A program made the translations under genes and the position numbers. A DNA stretch of 64,000 nucleotides from an uncultured Candidatus Rokubacteria bacterium (GTDB lineage: Bacteria; Methylomirabilota; Methylomirabilia; Rokubacteriales; CSP1-6): NCBI GenBank assembly GCA_963762145.1, contig CAVXJS010000016.1, positions 32,001-96,000 on the forward strand, read 5' to 3'. Position 1 is the stretch's first letter; every line of letters starts with the position of its first letter. Shown here piece after piece: positions 39,512 to 50,490 of the stretch. Below the pieces are notes generated by a model. It saw only the letters and a list, made by a program, of their open reading frames with translations. It had not been told where the DNA came from and ran no database searches.

Positions 39512-40624
39512 TTATTGTGCGAAGCGCTGGGGCAAGAATGGGGTGATCGATGCCGGGGTGTCGCCGTCGACGATGCAGCGGGTCAGGAGCGCCGCGGTGA
39601 TGGGGGCCATCAGGATGCCGTTGCGGTAGTGCGCGGTCGCCGCGAAGAGCCCCGCCACGTCCGGCCACGGGCCGAGCACCGGCTGGCCGTCGGGAACCCA
39701 GGGGCGGAAGCCGCACCAGGAGCGGGTCACCGAGCGGCGGCCGACCTCGGGCACGAGGGCGACCGCCGCGGCGATGAGGGAGGCGAGGCCGTCGGGCGTC
39801 ACCGCGCGCAGGAAGCCCGCGTGCTCCACGGTGGCGCCGATGAGAATCTCGCCCGACGGCCGCGGCACGACGTAGATGTCGTCGCCGTGCACGGCGCGGG
39901 TGATCAGGGGCGGCACATTGCTGACCGCCAGCATCTGGCCGCGCACCGGCGCCACCGGCAACCGGAGGCCGATGGAGGTGGCCAGCTGGCCCGACCAGGC
40001 GCCCGCGGCGAGCAGGACCGCATCGGCGTGAACGGTCTCGCCGTCCACGAGCACCCCGCGGGCGCGTCCGCCCTCGATCAGGATGCGGCTCACCTCGGCG
40101 CCGGTGCGCACGGTGACGCCCCGGGCCGCGGCGGCGGCGGCGTAGGCGGTCACCAGTCGCTGGTTGTTCACCCAGTGATCGCCGCGGACGAGCCGGGTGG
40201 CGCGTACGTCCTTGGAGAGCGCAGGCTCGAGCGCGCGCAGGTCACTCCCCTCCACCATCTCGATGCCGAACTCCCCGGCCAGCGGCCAGGCCAGTCGAAG
40301 GCGCGCCGCCTCGATCTCCCGGTCCGAGTAGAGCGGGTAGAGCGTGCCCGCGGTCATCAGCTCGACGTCCACCCCGGTCAGCGCCCGGAGCTCGGAGGCC
40401 ACGCCCGGATAGAGGCGCCAGCTCTCGATCGCCAGACGGTGAAAGGGCCCGGGCTCCGGTACCGGGCCGAGCGGCGCCAGCAGCCCCGCCGCCGCGCTCG
40501 AGGCCTCGGCGCCCGGGCTCGCGCGCTCGAATAGCGTCACGCGGCACCCGCGCTTGGCGAGATCCACGGCGGTCGCGCAGCCGATGATGCCGCCGCCGAC
40601 CACCACCACCGCGGGCGCGGCCAT
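39512..40624 (-). CDS. thiO: Glycine oxidase
   Basis: GGGIIG, ASSAAAG, PVRGQ, IGATVE, GFRP, HYRNGILMAP; in the thi operon. Confidence 0.93.
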   Translation of the reverse strand: MAAPAVVVVGGGIIGCATAVDLAKRGCRVTLFERASPGAEASSAAAGLLAPLGPVPEPGPFHRLAIESWRLYPGVASELRALTGVDVELMTAGTLYPLYSDREIEAARLRLAWPLAGEFGIEMVEGSDLRALEPALSKDVRATRLVRGDHWVNNQRLVTAYAAAAAARGVTVRTGAEVSRILIEGGRARGVLVDGETVHADAVLLAAGAWSGQLATSIGLRLPVAPVRGQMLAVSNVPPLITRAVHGDDIYVVPRPSGEILIGATVEHAGFLRAVTPDGLASLIAAAVALVPEVGRRSVTRSWCGFRPWVPDGQPVLGPWPDVAGLFAATAHYRNGILMAPITAALLTRCIVDGDTPASITPFLPQRFAQ

Positions 40625-41250
40625 CAGGCTCTCCCCAGCGCGTCGAGGAACGCCTTCGTGGCGTCCGCGGGGCGTGCGGCGGCGTAGACCGCGCCGATCA
40701 CCGCCACGCCCGCCGCGCCGGCCCCGAGCACCTCGGGGACGCGCTCCGGGGTGAGCCCGCCCACCGCCAGCACCGGCCGATCTACCGAACGGGCAACCGC
40801 TTCGAGCCTGGCCAGGCCCTGCGGCGGCCCGTAGCGCCGCTTGGACGCGGTCTCGTAGACCGGCCCGAAGACGATGAAGTCGGCGTCCTGCGCGGCGGCC
40901 TCCCGCGCTTCCGCCTCCGAGTGCACGGAGGCCCCCACCAGGAAGCCGGGCGGCGTGATCTCACGGAGTGCGGCGACGGGCAGCGAGGCGTGCGTGCGCT
41001 GGACGCCGTCGGCCGAGGCGGCCAGGGCCACGTCCGTCCGGTCGTTCACGATGAGACGCGCCCCGTGCCGCCGGGTGGCCTCGCGGAGCGTGTCGGCCAG
41101 CGCGAGCAGATCGCGCGCCTCCAGATCTTTCTCGCGGAGCTGCACGGCGCGCAGGCCCGCGGCCAGGCACTCCTCCACCACGTCGGCGGGCGGGCGGGGC
41201 GCCGCCGCGCGGTCGGTGATCAGGTAGAGGGAGAAGCCTAGCTGGTCCAC
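40624..41250 (-). CDS. thiE: Thiamine-phosphate synthase
   Basis: [33 protein letters not shown]. Confidence 0.92.
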   Translation of the reverse strand: MDQLGFSLYLITDRAAAPRPPADVVEECLAAGLRAVQLREKDLEARDLLALADTLREATRRHGARLIVNDRTDVALAASADGVQRTHASLPVAALREITPPGFLVGASVHSEAEAREAAAQDADFIVFGPVYETASKRRYGPPQGLARLEAVARSVDRPVLAVGGLTPERVPEVLGAGAAGVAVIGAVYAAARPADATKAFLDALGRA

Positions 41251-42020
41251 TCGGGCACGCCCTCCAGCGGGGAGGACGCGGTGGCGTAGAGCTTCTTGCC
41301 CATTCGCCCGGCCTTGAAGGCGAGCCGGCCGGCCTCGATGGCCAGGCGCATGGCGGTGGCCATGGCGACCGGATCCTTGGCCGAGGCGATGGCGGTGTTC
41401 ATCAGGACACCGTCGCAGCCGAGCTCCATCGCGATGGCCGCATCGGAGGCGGTGCCAACGCCCGCGTCCACCAGGACCGGAACCGTGACCGCTTCCAGGA
41501 TCAGCTTGATGTTGTACGGGTTGCGGATGCCGAGCCCGGAGCCGATCGGGGCGCCGAGCGGCATGACCGCGGCCGCGCCGGCGTCCTCCAGCTTCTTGGC
41601 CATCACCGGGTCGTCGTTGGTGTAGGGCAGCACCGTGAAGCCCTCGCGGGACAGCGTGCGCGTCGCCTCGAGCAGGCCGAGCACGTCGGGGAACAGGGTA
41701 CGCGAGTCCCCGATGACCTCCAGCTTGACCAGGGTTCCCAGGCCCGCCTCGCGGGCCAGGTAGCAGGTGCGGACCGCCTCGTCGGCGGTGTAGCAGCCGG
41801 CGGTGTTCGGCAGCAGCGTGTACTTCTTCGGGTCCACGTAGTCGAGCAGGGATTCCCCTTGCCCGGGCAGGCTCACCCGCCGCACGGCGACGGTGACGAT
41901 CTCGGCGCCAGAGGCCTCGATGGCCTCCCGCATATTCTCGAACGACGGGTACTTTCCGGTCCCGACGATCAGACGCGACTTGAACTCTTTTCCACCCAGC
42001 CAGAGTGACGTGTCGTACAT
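41238..42020 (-). CDS. thiG: Thiazole synthase
   Basis: [41 protein letters not shown]. Confidence 0.98.
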   Translation of the reverse strand: MYDTSLWLGGKEFKSRLIVGTGKYPSFENMREAIEASGAEIVTVAVRRVSLPGQGESLLDYVDPKKYTLLPNTAGCYTADEAVRTCYLAREAGLGTLVKLEVIGDSRTLFPDVLGLLEATRTLSREGFTVLPYTNDDPVMAKKLEDAGAAAVMPLGAPIGSGLGIRNPYNIKLILEAVTVPVLVDAGVGTASDAAIAMELGCDGVLMNTAIASAKDPVAMATAMRLAIEAGRLAFKAGRMGKKLYATASSPLEGVPEWTS

Positions 42021-42054
42021 GGCCTACCTCCCTTTACTTCTTTACTGCCTTATT

Positions 42055-42169
42055 TATCCGCTCGGCTCGCCTTCGGCTGCGCCTCGGCCTGCTTGTCGCC
42101 CCGCCTGCCGGCTGACCTCCCTGACTTCTCTATGTATCCGCTCGGCTCGCCTTCGGCTGCGCCTCGCCC
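42055..42169 (-). repeat. Two copies (42055-42086 and 42133-42169) of the GCC-GAA-GGC element between thiS and thiG
   Basis: tatccgctcggctcgccttcggctgcgcctcg; 2 mismatches to the core of the 52-bp array unit. Confidence 0.92.
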
Positions 42170-42174
42170 CGCCA

Positions 42175-42375
42175 CTACCCCCCGCCCATGGGGTGGACGA
42201 TTTCGAGCTTGTCGCCTTCCTGGAGCTTTGTCTCGGCGTAGCGGGCGCGCTGGGTGACCTCGCGGTTCAGGGCCACCGCGGTGAATTCGCGGCGGACCTT
42301 GAGGCGCGCGAGGAGATCCTCGACGCTGAGCCCCTCGGGCAGCTCCATCGGCTTGCCGTTGACGGTGACCGTCAT
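42175..42375 (-). CDS. thiS: Sulfur carrier protein
   Basis: MTVTVNG..AVALN..GDKLEIVHPMGGG (C-terminal GG), 66 aa. Confidence 0.96.
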   Translation of the reverse strand: MTVTVNGKPMELPEGLSVEDLLARLKVRREFTAVALNREVTQRARYAETKLQEGDKLEIVHPMGGG

Positions 42376-42376
42376 G

Positions 42377-42411
42377 AAAAAACCGCACACCTTTCCAGGA
42401 AAGGGTGCGGT
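42377..42411 (-). terminator. Terminator hairpin forming the TPP riboswitch expression platform
   Basis: ACCGCACCCTTTCC/GGAAAGGTGTGCGGT stem plus T-tract, 1 nt before the thiS ATG. Confidence 0.8.
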
Positions 42412-42429
42412 CCAGTGGTCGTGTGCCGC

Positions 42430-42520
42430 GCCGCGTTCCCTTCGCTGGAATTACCCAGTGCAGGTTCGAGGGGTCCCGGGCCGCACCCGGTTCTCAGGAG
42501 ACCTCCCCCAGCGACGCGTC
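42430..42520 (-). ncRNA. TPP riboswitch
   Basis: GGGG..CTGAGA..ACCC..AACCTG..CTGGGTAATTCCAGCGAAGGGAA upstream of thiSGEO; TATAAT -10 at 42524-42529. Confidence 0.95.
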
Positions 42521-42524
42521 CGGA

Positions 42525-44601
42525 TTATACCCCAGCGTCGAGCTGTCGCGCGAGCGCGTCCGGCTCGGTCACCGGGAGCTGGCAGACGTAGCGGCGGCAC
42601 ACGTACGCGGTCGGCCTGCCGTTCACCGGGCCGCGATCGGCCAGGAGCGGCAGCCCCTCGGCACCCGGCGCGCCCGCAACCGCGCCAACCACCACCCGGT
42701 TGGGCTGATAGCGGCGGAACACCGTCTCGGCGAGCGGCGTGGCCGCGCGCTCGGCGCCCGCGGGCCACACGAGCGCCACCTCGGCCACCGGTCCTAGGTG
42801 GAAGTCGAGCGCCGACAGGTAGCGGCCGAAGCCGGACGGGTACTTCTGCATGACGTCGGCCATGGGGCGGAGGGCCTGCAGCGCGATCGTCTCGTAGCGC
42901 TCCTGGCCGGTGACGATCGCGAGCCTCAGGAGCCACTCGATGGTGACCGAGGTGCCGCTCGGCACCGCGTTGTCGAAGATGTTCCGCGGCCGGACCACGA
43001 GGCTCTCCTGGTCGTGGCCGGTGTCGAAGAAGATCTCGCGCTCCGCGTTCCAGAACAGGCGCAGGGTCTCCTCGGCGAGACGAAGCGACTCGTCGAGCCA
43101 GCGCCGGTCGAAGGTCGCCTCGTAGAGCGCGAAGAAACCTGCGCCGACCATCGCATGATCCTCGAGGTAGCCGGTGATCCGGGCCTGGCCGTCCTTCCAC
43201 GAGCGCAGCAGCCGGCCGTCGCGCTGCATCGCCGAGGTGAGGAACTCGGCGTTGCGGACCGCGGCGGCCAGGTAGTCGTGCCGGCCGAGCGCGGACGCGG
43301 CCTCCGCGAGCGCGGCCAGCATCAGACCGTTCCAGGACGCCAGCACCTTGTCGTCGAGCCCCGGGTGGACGCGCTTCTCGCGGTGCGCGTAGAGCGTCTG
43401 GCGGGCGCGGGCGATCCGGGCCGCGAGCTCGTCGGGGCTCACCGCGAGCGTCTCGGCCACCGCCGCGGGCTCGCGCGGCACGAACAGGATGCTGTGGCCC
43501 TCGAAGTTGGGCCCGTCGTCCACGCCCCAGTAGGCCAGGGCGGCGCGGGCGAGTGACTCGTCGCCCAGCACCGCGCGGATCTCCTCGGGCGACCAGACGA
43601 AGAACTTGCCCTCGACGCCCTCGGAGTCGGCGTCCTGGGCCGAGTAGAACCCGCCGGCCCGATGCGTCATCTCGCGCAGCACGTAGTCGAGCGTCTCCTC
43701 GGTCACGCGCCGGTACTCGGCGTCGCCCGTGGCCAGCCAGCCGTGGAGGTAGAGCGAGGCGAGCTGGGCGTTGTCGTAGAGCATCTTCTCGAAGTGCGGC
43801 ACCAGCCACTGCCCGTCGACCGAGTAGCGATGGAAGCCGCCGCCGAGCTGGTCGTACATGCCGCCGCGGGCCATGCGGGTCAGGGTGAGGCGGAGCATCT
43901 CGAGCGCGCGCGGATCGCCGGTCCGCTTCCACACGCGCAGGATCGCGTCCCAGGTCATCGGCTGGGGGAACTTGGGCGCCTGGCCGAGGCCGCCGTCGCG
44001 CTCGTCGAACTCGCCGGCGAGGCCCAGGTAGGCGCCGCACCAGGACGTCCTTCGAGAGGACGCTGGCCGAGCGGGTGAGGCGCTCGGACTGCTGCATGCT
44101 CTCGACGAGCTGCCGGCCGGCCTCGAGCACCTCGCCGCGGCGGCCGTGATAGGCGTCGGCGATCGACTGCAGGAGCCGCGGGAAGGCGGGCATGCCGTGA
44201 CGGTCCACCGGCGGGAAGTAGGTGCCGCCGTAGAACGGCACGCCGTCGGGGGTGAGGAACACGGTCATCGGCCAGCCGCCGCGGCCGGTCATGGACTGCA
44301 CGGCCTGCATGTAGATCTGGTCCACGTCGGGCCGCTCCTCGCGATCCACCTTGACGGAAACGAAGAGGCGGTTCATGAGCGCCGCGATGTCGTCGTTCTC
44401 GAACGACTCGCGCTCCATCACGTGACACCAGTGGCAGGCCGAGTAGCCGACCGAGAGCAGCACCGGCCGGTCCTCGCGCCGGGCCAGATCGAACGCCTCG
44501 GGGCCCCACGGATACCAGTCCACCGGGTTGTGCGCGTGCTGGAGCAGGTACGGGCTGGTCTCGGAGGCGAGGCGGTTCGCGGGGCGGGACGAGGAGGACA
44601 T
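42525..44601 (-). CDS. YyaL/SPATA20-family thioredoxin-domain protein; indel at ~44035
   Basis: [47 protein letters not shown]. Confidence 0.95.
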
Positions 44602-44615
44602 GCGCCAGTGGCCGT

Positions 44616-45612
44616 TCAGGCCTGCGGGGCCTGGACGAACGGAAGGGCGGCGACCCGGGCCGGCTGCTCGCCGGCGCCGTCCACCACCGTCACCGCGGTG
44701 CCCGGCTCGAAGTGCTCGCGGCGCACGTAGCCGAGCGCGATCGGCCGGCCCAGCGCGATCGACCGCACCGCGGAGGTGACGCGGCCGACCTCCTTGCCGT
44801 CCACCGTGACCTGTGCTCCCTCGCCGGGAACCCGCTCGCCCTCGATCACGAGACCGCTGAGCGCGCGGTTGACGTGGCCGCGATACTTCACGCGCGCCAC
44901 CGTCTCCTGGCCGATGTAGCAGCCCTTGGTGTAGCTCACCAGCGCGTCGAGGCGCGTCTCGGGCAGGATCACGGAGTCGTCGACGTCGGCGGGATACCAG
45001 GGCTGGCCCGCCTCGATCCGCAGCACCGCGAGGGTCTCGTCTCCCGCCGGCACCGCTCCGGCCGCCTCGAGGGCGGCCCGCACGGTGGCGGCGTGCTCGG
45101 CGGGCACCCAGCAGTGGAAGCCGGGCGCGGGGCCCTCCGCCCGGTTGATCAGGCGTACCGGCGCGCCCGGCGATCGCCACCTCGAGGTGCGCATAGGGCG
45201 CGAGGTCCAGCGGCGACACCGGCCAGCGCCCTCGAGCAGGCGTGCGCGCGGCGGGCCCCTGCACCGACAGGATGGCGAACGCGTCGTCCGCCGACTCGAA
45301 GTAGGCCTTCTCCGAGATCAGATAGCGGTCGATGGTCTGGAGCGTCTTCTCGGTGAGGCTCGCGGGCAGCTCGAGCAGCACCTGATCGGCGGTCGCGTAG
45401 ACGCCGAGCAGCACCGTGACCTTGCCGTGAGCGTCGAGGAACGCGGCGGGGACCCCCTGGCCCGGCTGGAGGCCCTTGACGTCGTTGGTGAGCATGCCCT
45501 GGAGGAACGCGAGCCGATCGCGTCCGGTCACGGTGACTTTTCCGAGCGCGGAGCGGTCGAACAGGGCTGCGCCGTGGCGGGCGGCGTGGTACTCGGCGGC
45601 CAGGTCGGGCAT
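44616..45612 (-). CDS. ygfZ: YgfZ/GcvT-like folate-binding protein; indels at ~45170-45250
   Basis: [29 protein letters not shown] motif. Confidence 0.9.
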
Positions 45613-45676
45613 GAGGCTCATTGTTGTCGCGGCTGCGGCGCCTGTCAACTTGCGGCTCCCGGCCGACTCGTACACA

Positions 45677-46391
45677 ATGGCCGCCGTGCCGTCCACCGCC
45701 TCGCCCGATTCCGGGGCCCGCTCGCGCTTCCGCCGCCGCCTGCTGCAGTGGTACGGCCGCCACCGGCGCGACCTGCCGTGGCGCCGCACCGGGGACCCGT
45801 ACCACATCCTCGTCTCGGAGATCATGCTCCAGCAGACGCAGGTGGAGCGGGTCGTGCCCAAATACCACGAGTTCCTCGAACGCTACCCGACGCTCGAGGC
45901 CCTGGCGGGCTCGGCGTCCGACGACGTCCGGCGCCTCTGGTACCCGCTCGGGTACAACGTCCGCCCGCTCAACCTGCACGGGATCGCGCGCGAGGCGGTG
46001 GCGAGCTACGGCGGGCGGCTGCCCGACGACGCCGGGGCGCTGCGGGGGATGCGCGGCATCGGCCGCTACACCGCGGGCGCGCCTGCTCTGCTTCGCGTAC
46101 GGCCGCGCGGTGCCCATCGTGGACACCAACGTGCGCCGGGTGCTCGGGCGCGTGTTCCTGGGCCCGCGCCGGCTGGCCCAGCTGCGGGGCCAGAAGGCCA
46201 TGTGGGATCTCGCCGGGCGCGCTGCGTGCCGCGCCGGCGATCCTACGACTACAACCAGGCCCTGATGGACTTCGGCGCGACCTGGTGCACCGCGCGGGCG
46301 CCGCGCTGCCGCCCCTGCCCCATGAAGCGCTTCTGCGCGACCTATCGGGCGAATGGCCAGCGCGGTCGGGAGTCCCGGTGGGCGCGCTTGA
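45677..46391 (+). CDS. mutY: A/G-specific adenine glycosylase, catalytic domain only; end approximate, indels present
   Basis: [42 protein letters not shown]-x6-C-x2-C-x5-C Fe-S motif. Confidence 0.88.
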
Positions 46392-47127
46392 CGGCAAGGT
46401 GGCCCTCGTGGCCGGGGGCGGCACCGGGATCGGCCGGGCCATCGCGCGAGCGGTTCGCGCGGGAGGGCGCGCGCGTGGCCGTCTTCGGGCGACGGCCGGA
46501 GCCGCTGCGGGAGGTCGCGCGCGCGATCCAGAGCGCGGGCGGGACCGCGATGGCGATCGCGGGCGACGCGGGGCTCGAGCGCGACGTGGCGCGAGCTGGT
46601 CGCGGCGGCCCGGAGCGAGTGGGGCGGCGTGGACGTCGTGGTCAACTCGGCGGCGGTGCGGCTCCAGTCGCCGCTGACCGAGATCTCGGCGGCCGACTTC
46701 GCGGAGGTGCTGCGCATCAACCTGGTCGGCGCCTTCGTGCTGACCAAGCTCGCGACGGAGCCGATGCGCCAGCGCGGCGGCGGGAGCATCATCCACATCG
46801 GCTCGGCGCTCGGCGTCGTGGCCGCGCCGTTCTTCTCGCCGTACGTCGCCTCCAAGGGCGGGCTGAACGCGCTGGCCCGCGCGGCCGCGGTCGAGCTCGT
46901 CGGCGACCGCATCCGGGTCGAACGTGGTGGCGCCGGGGACGATCGATACCGCGATCAACGCGGGCGTGAGCGAGTTCCGGCGGCACATGCTGGCGCATCG
47001 CATCCCGATCGGGCGCGCGGGGCACGTGGACGACATCGCGTCGGCGTGTCTGTACCTGGCGTCGGATGCTTCGCGCTACGTCACCGGCTCCACGCTGGCG
47101 GTGGACGGGGGCTGGACCGCTTCATGA
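46378..47127 (+). CDS. SDR-family oxidoreductase; indels
   Basis: [35 protein letters not shown]. Confidence 0.88.
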
Positions 47128-47150
47128 GCGAGCCCCTCTGAGCGCGGGCC

Positions 47151-47184
47151 CCGTCACCCTGCCCTCTCCCCAGGGGGGAGAGGG
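47151..47184. repeat. REP-like palindrome, second copy of the 38021 type
   Basis: ccgtcaccctgccctctcccc-agg-ggggagaggg; 10-bp stem. Confidence 0.85.
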
Positions 47185-47185
47185 A

Positions 47186-47563
47186 ATGATCGACGTCGTG
47201 GCGGCGGTGATCGAGCGCGGCGGGCGGATCCTCATCGCGCGGCGCCAGGCCAGGAGCCATCTGGGCGGGCTGTGGGAGTTCCCGGGCGGGAAGCGGCAGG
47301 ACGGCGAGACGGCGGAGGCGGCGCTGATCCGGGAGATCCGCGAGGAGCTGGACGCGGCGGTCTCGGTCGGCGAGCTGCTCGACGACGTCGAGTGGCGGTA
47401 TCCCGAGAAGACGGTGCGGCTGCGCTTCTTCCGCTGCGCCCTCGAGGGGGAGCCACGCGCCGCGGAGGGCCAGGAGATCGCCTGGGTGGCGCCGGCGGAG
47501 CTGGGCGGCTACGAGTTCCCGCCCGCAGACGAGGGCCTGGTCGCGCGGCTCAGGCGCCGCTGA
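47186..47563 (+). CDS. mutT: MutT-like NUDIX pyrophosphohydrolase
   Basis: WEFPGGK..GETAEAALIREIREELD Nudix box, EGQ..W, FPPAD. Confidence 0.88.
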   Translation: MIDVVAAVIERGGRILIARRQARSHLGGLWEFPGGKRQDGETAEAALIREIREELDAAVSVGELLDDVEWRYPEKTVRLRFFRCALEGEPRAAEGQEIAWVAPAELGGYEFPPADEGLVARLRRR

Positions 47564-49428
47564 CCGCGAGCGCGTCACGGCGCTGCCGGGCGCTCAGCAG
47601 CAGGATCCCCGCGTAGACGACCAGTCCCACCGCCTGCAGCGCGCCGGTGCGCACGATCAGCAGACCGGCCGCCACGAGGCACAGCCAGCGCAGCCAGCCC
47701 GAGAGGGGTCCCGCTGCGTGGCCGACCACGAAGGACGCCAGCGCGATCGCGGAGACCGCGGCCAGGGCCGACATCAGGACGATCTGCGGCCAGCTCCCGC
47801 GGAGCAGCAGCTCCTGGTGGTAGACGAAGGCGAACGGGACGAAGAAGCCCGCGATGCCAAGCCGGAACGCCTCGATCCCGGTCGCGAACATGTCCGGCCC
47901 CTGCGATGTTGGCGGCCGCGAACGCGGTGACCGCGTCGGGCGGCGTGAGATCGGACAGCACCGCGTAGTAGAAGACGAACAGGTGGGCGGCGAGCAGGCT
48001 CACGCCGAGATTGCCCATCGCGGCCGCGCCCACCGTGACCGCGATGACGTAGGCCGCGGTGGTGGGGATGCCGGTGCCGAGCACGGACACCACGATGAAG
48101 ACGAGGATCATCGCCACCAGCAGGATGCCGCCCGCCATCTCGACCACCACCCCGCTGAAGGCCAGCGCGGCGCCGGTGCGCGTCAGCACGCCCACGATCA
48201 TGCCCGAGCCGGCCAGCGCCACCGCGATGGTCGCGGCGGAGAACGAGGCCTCGGTCAGCGCCTCCCAGCACCGGCGCGGGGTCATCCACGTCTTCCGGTC
48301 GAGGAAGGAGAGGACGAAGGTCACCACGATCGTGTAGAACGCGGCCCCGGTCGGCGAGTAGCCCTGGGCCAGCAGGTACACGATGAGGCCGAAGGGGATG
48401 ACGAAGTAGCCGCGGCGCAGCACCGGACGCCAGGAGGGCAGCTCCGACCGGGGTACCGGCCGCATGCCGTACCGAAGGGCCAGGAAGTGCACCATCGCCA
48501 TCAGGCCCACGTAGTAGAGGATGGCCGGGATCGCGGCGGCCTTGATGATCTCGAAGTACGAGATCCCGGTGACCTCCGACATGATGAACACGCCCGCGCC
48601 CATCACCGGCGGCATGATCTGCCCGCCGGTGCCCGCGATGGCCTCGATGGCGGCCGCGTTCTTGGCGGTGTAGCCGCCCTTCTTCATGAGCGGGATCGTG
48701 AACGAGCCGGTGGCGTAGACGTTGGCCACCGTCGAGCCCGAGATCGTGCCGAAGAGGGCGGAGGCGATGACCGCGATCTTGGCGGGGCCGCCGCGGGCCC
48801 AGCCCGCCATCCGAACCGCCAGGTCGATGACGAACTCCCCGACCCCGGCCTTCATCATGACCGCGGCGAACAGGACGTAGATGAAGAGGATGTTCGACGA
48901 GATGCCGGTGAGGAAGCCGTACATGCCCTCGTCGCCGGCCAGGTAGACGAACTCGACCATCCGCGGGAACGAGTAGCCCTTGAAGTTGAAGAGGCCGGGG
49001 ATCCACTGGCTGGTGCCGAGGTAGACGAGCGAGACGCAGATGGTGACCGCCATCCAGGGAGAGAGCGATCGGCGGCAGGCCTCGATGACGAGGAGGGCCA
49101 TGAACGAGCCGATGACGACCTCGATGGGGAGCACCGGCGAGGCGCCTTCCCAGCGATGGTTGAGGCGGTCGGCGTCCCAGATCAGGTACAGGCTGCCCAC
49201 CGCGGTGAGCGCGGCCCACAGCCAGTCGAAGGCGCTCGGCCGGGTACGCGGCGAGCGGGCATTGAACGGGAACGCGACGAAGACGAGCGGGATCAGGAAC
49301 AGCAGGTGCACCGAGCGCTGCAGCCGGGGCTCCAGCATGCCGTAGCCCGCGGTGTAGAGATGGAACAGCGCGGCCGCCGCCGCGTAGGCGCCGGCCGCCC
49401 AGTCGACCCACCCCTCGAGCTTTCTGAT
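47550..49428 (-). CDS. TAXI-type TRAP transporter fused permease (4TM/12TM); indel at ~47895; apparent ATC start
   Basis: GGPAKIAV, GTISGS, TGSFTIPLMK, GGQIMPPVMGA, GTGIPT, TPP. Confidence 0.92.
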
Positions 49429-49451
49429 TCGCTACCTCCGGCCCGTCCGGA

Positions 49452-50465
49452 CTACTTGAGCCAGCCCTTCTCCTTGTAGTACCGCTCGGCGCCCGGGTGG
49501 AGCGCGACACCGAGGAACAGGTGTCCCTTGGAGGGCTCGTAGTCGGCCAGGCTGCCGTGGATCTTGCGGACGCGGTCCGCGTTGTCGTTCAGCGCCTTCG
49601 TGATGTTGTACGCCATCTCGTTCGACATGGCGGTCGACACCGTGATCGTGGTGCCCATCGTGGCCGACACCACCGGCTCGTTGCCGTTGGCGGCCTTGGG
49701 ATACGTCCCGGCCGGGATGGTCCCCTCGCCCATCCCGAACTTGCCGAGGTACTCGAGCAGCGGCTTCGGGAACGCGAGGATCTTCAGCGTCGCGTCCGAC
49801 CGAGGCCTCGGTGATGGAGGCGCCGGGCAGGGCCAGGAAGGTGAAGGTCCCGTCCACGTTGCGGTCCTTGAAGGCGCCCGCCTGCTCCGAGTAGGAGCCG
49901 CGGAAGAACTTGGTGCCCGCCGCCTCCCAGGTCTTGTAGCAGTCCGCGGTCTTGCCCGCCTGGCAGTAGCCGTAGAACTCCATGACCTTCTCGAAGACCC
50001 AGACGTCGGAGGAGCCGGGCTTGGAGATGGCCAGGCGCATCGGCTTCTTGGTCTTGAAGATCTCCTCCATCGCTCATCTTGGCGAACGGCGAGTCCGCCG
50101 CCACGTAGAAGTGGAAGGTGTTGAGGCTCATGTTGCCCGCGACCGCGCGGAGCTTGTCCATCTTCTGATCCGGGTACGGGTCCTCGCCGCGGACGGCCGC
50201 GCCCAGCAGCGGCGGCAGGCCCATGCCGAGATCGGCGTCGCCCTTCTGGACCAGGAGCGGGTTCTGGGTGCCGCCGCCCGGGATGACCTTGATGTTGAGG
50301 CCGGTCTTCTCTCGCAGCAGCTCGGCCATGCCGCCCGAGATCGTGTACCAGCCGCCGCCCACCGCTCCGGCCGTCCACGTCAGCGACTGCTGCGCGGCCG
50401 CGCCGCCGCGCGAGCGCCGCGACCAGGGCCAGAGTCATCACCGCGAGCCCGAAACGTTTCAGCAT
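49452..50465 (-). CDS. TAXI-family TRAP solute-binding protein; indels
   Basis: Signal peptide, AGAVGGGWY, IPAGTY, LHPGAERYYKE. Confidence 0.92.
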   Translation of the reverse strand: MLKRFGLAVMTLALVAALARRRGRAAVADVDGRSGGRRLVHDLGRHGRAAAREDRPQHQGHPGRRHPEPAPGPEGRRRSRHGPAAAAGRGRPRRGPVPGSEDGQAPRGRGQHEPQHLPLLRGGGLAVRQDERWRRSSRPRSRCAWPSPSPAPPTSGSSRRSWSSTATARRARPRTATRPGRRRAPSSSAAPTRSRRAPSRTATWTGPSPSWPCPAPPSPRPRSDATLKILAFPKPLLEYLGKFGMGEGTIPAGTYPKAANGNEPVVSATMGTTITVSTAMSNEMAYNITKALNDNADRVRKIHGSLADYEPSKGHLFLGVALHPGAERYYKEKGWLK

Positions 50466-50490
50466 CGATCCTGCCTCCTGTTGGAGCGAC

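Noticed and set aside
42451-45861. 1136-aa YgfZ-YyaL fusion ORF
   Set aside because: It is a chimera of frames produced by indels. Each gene has its own start and stop in the corrected frames.
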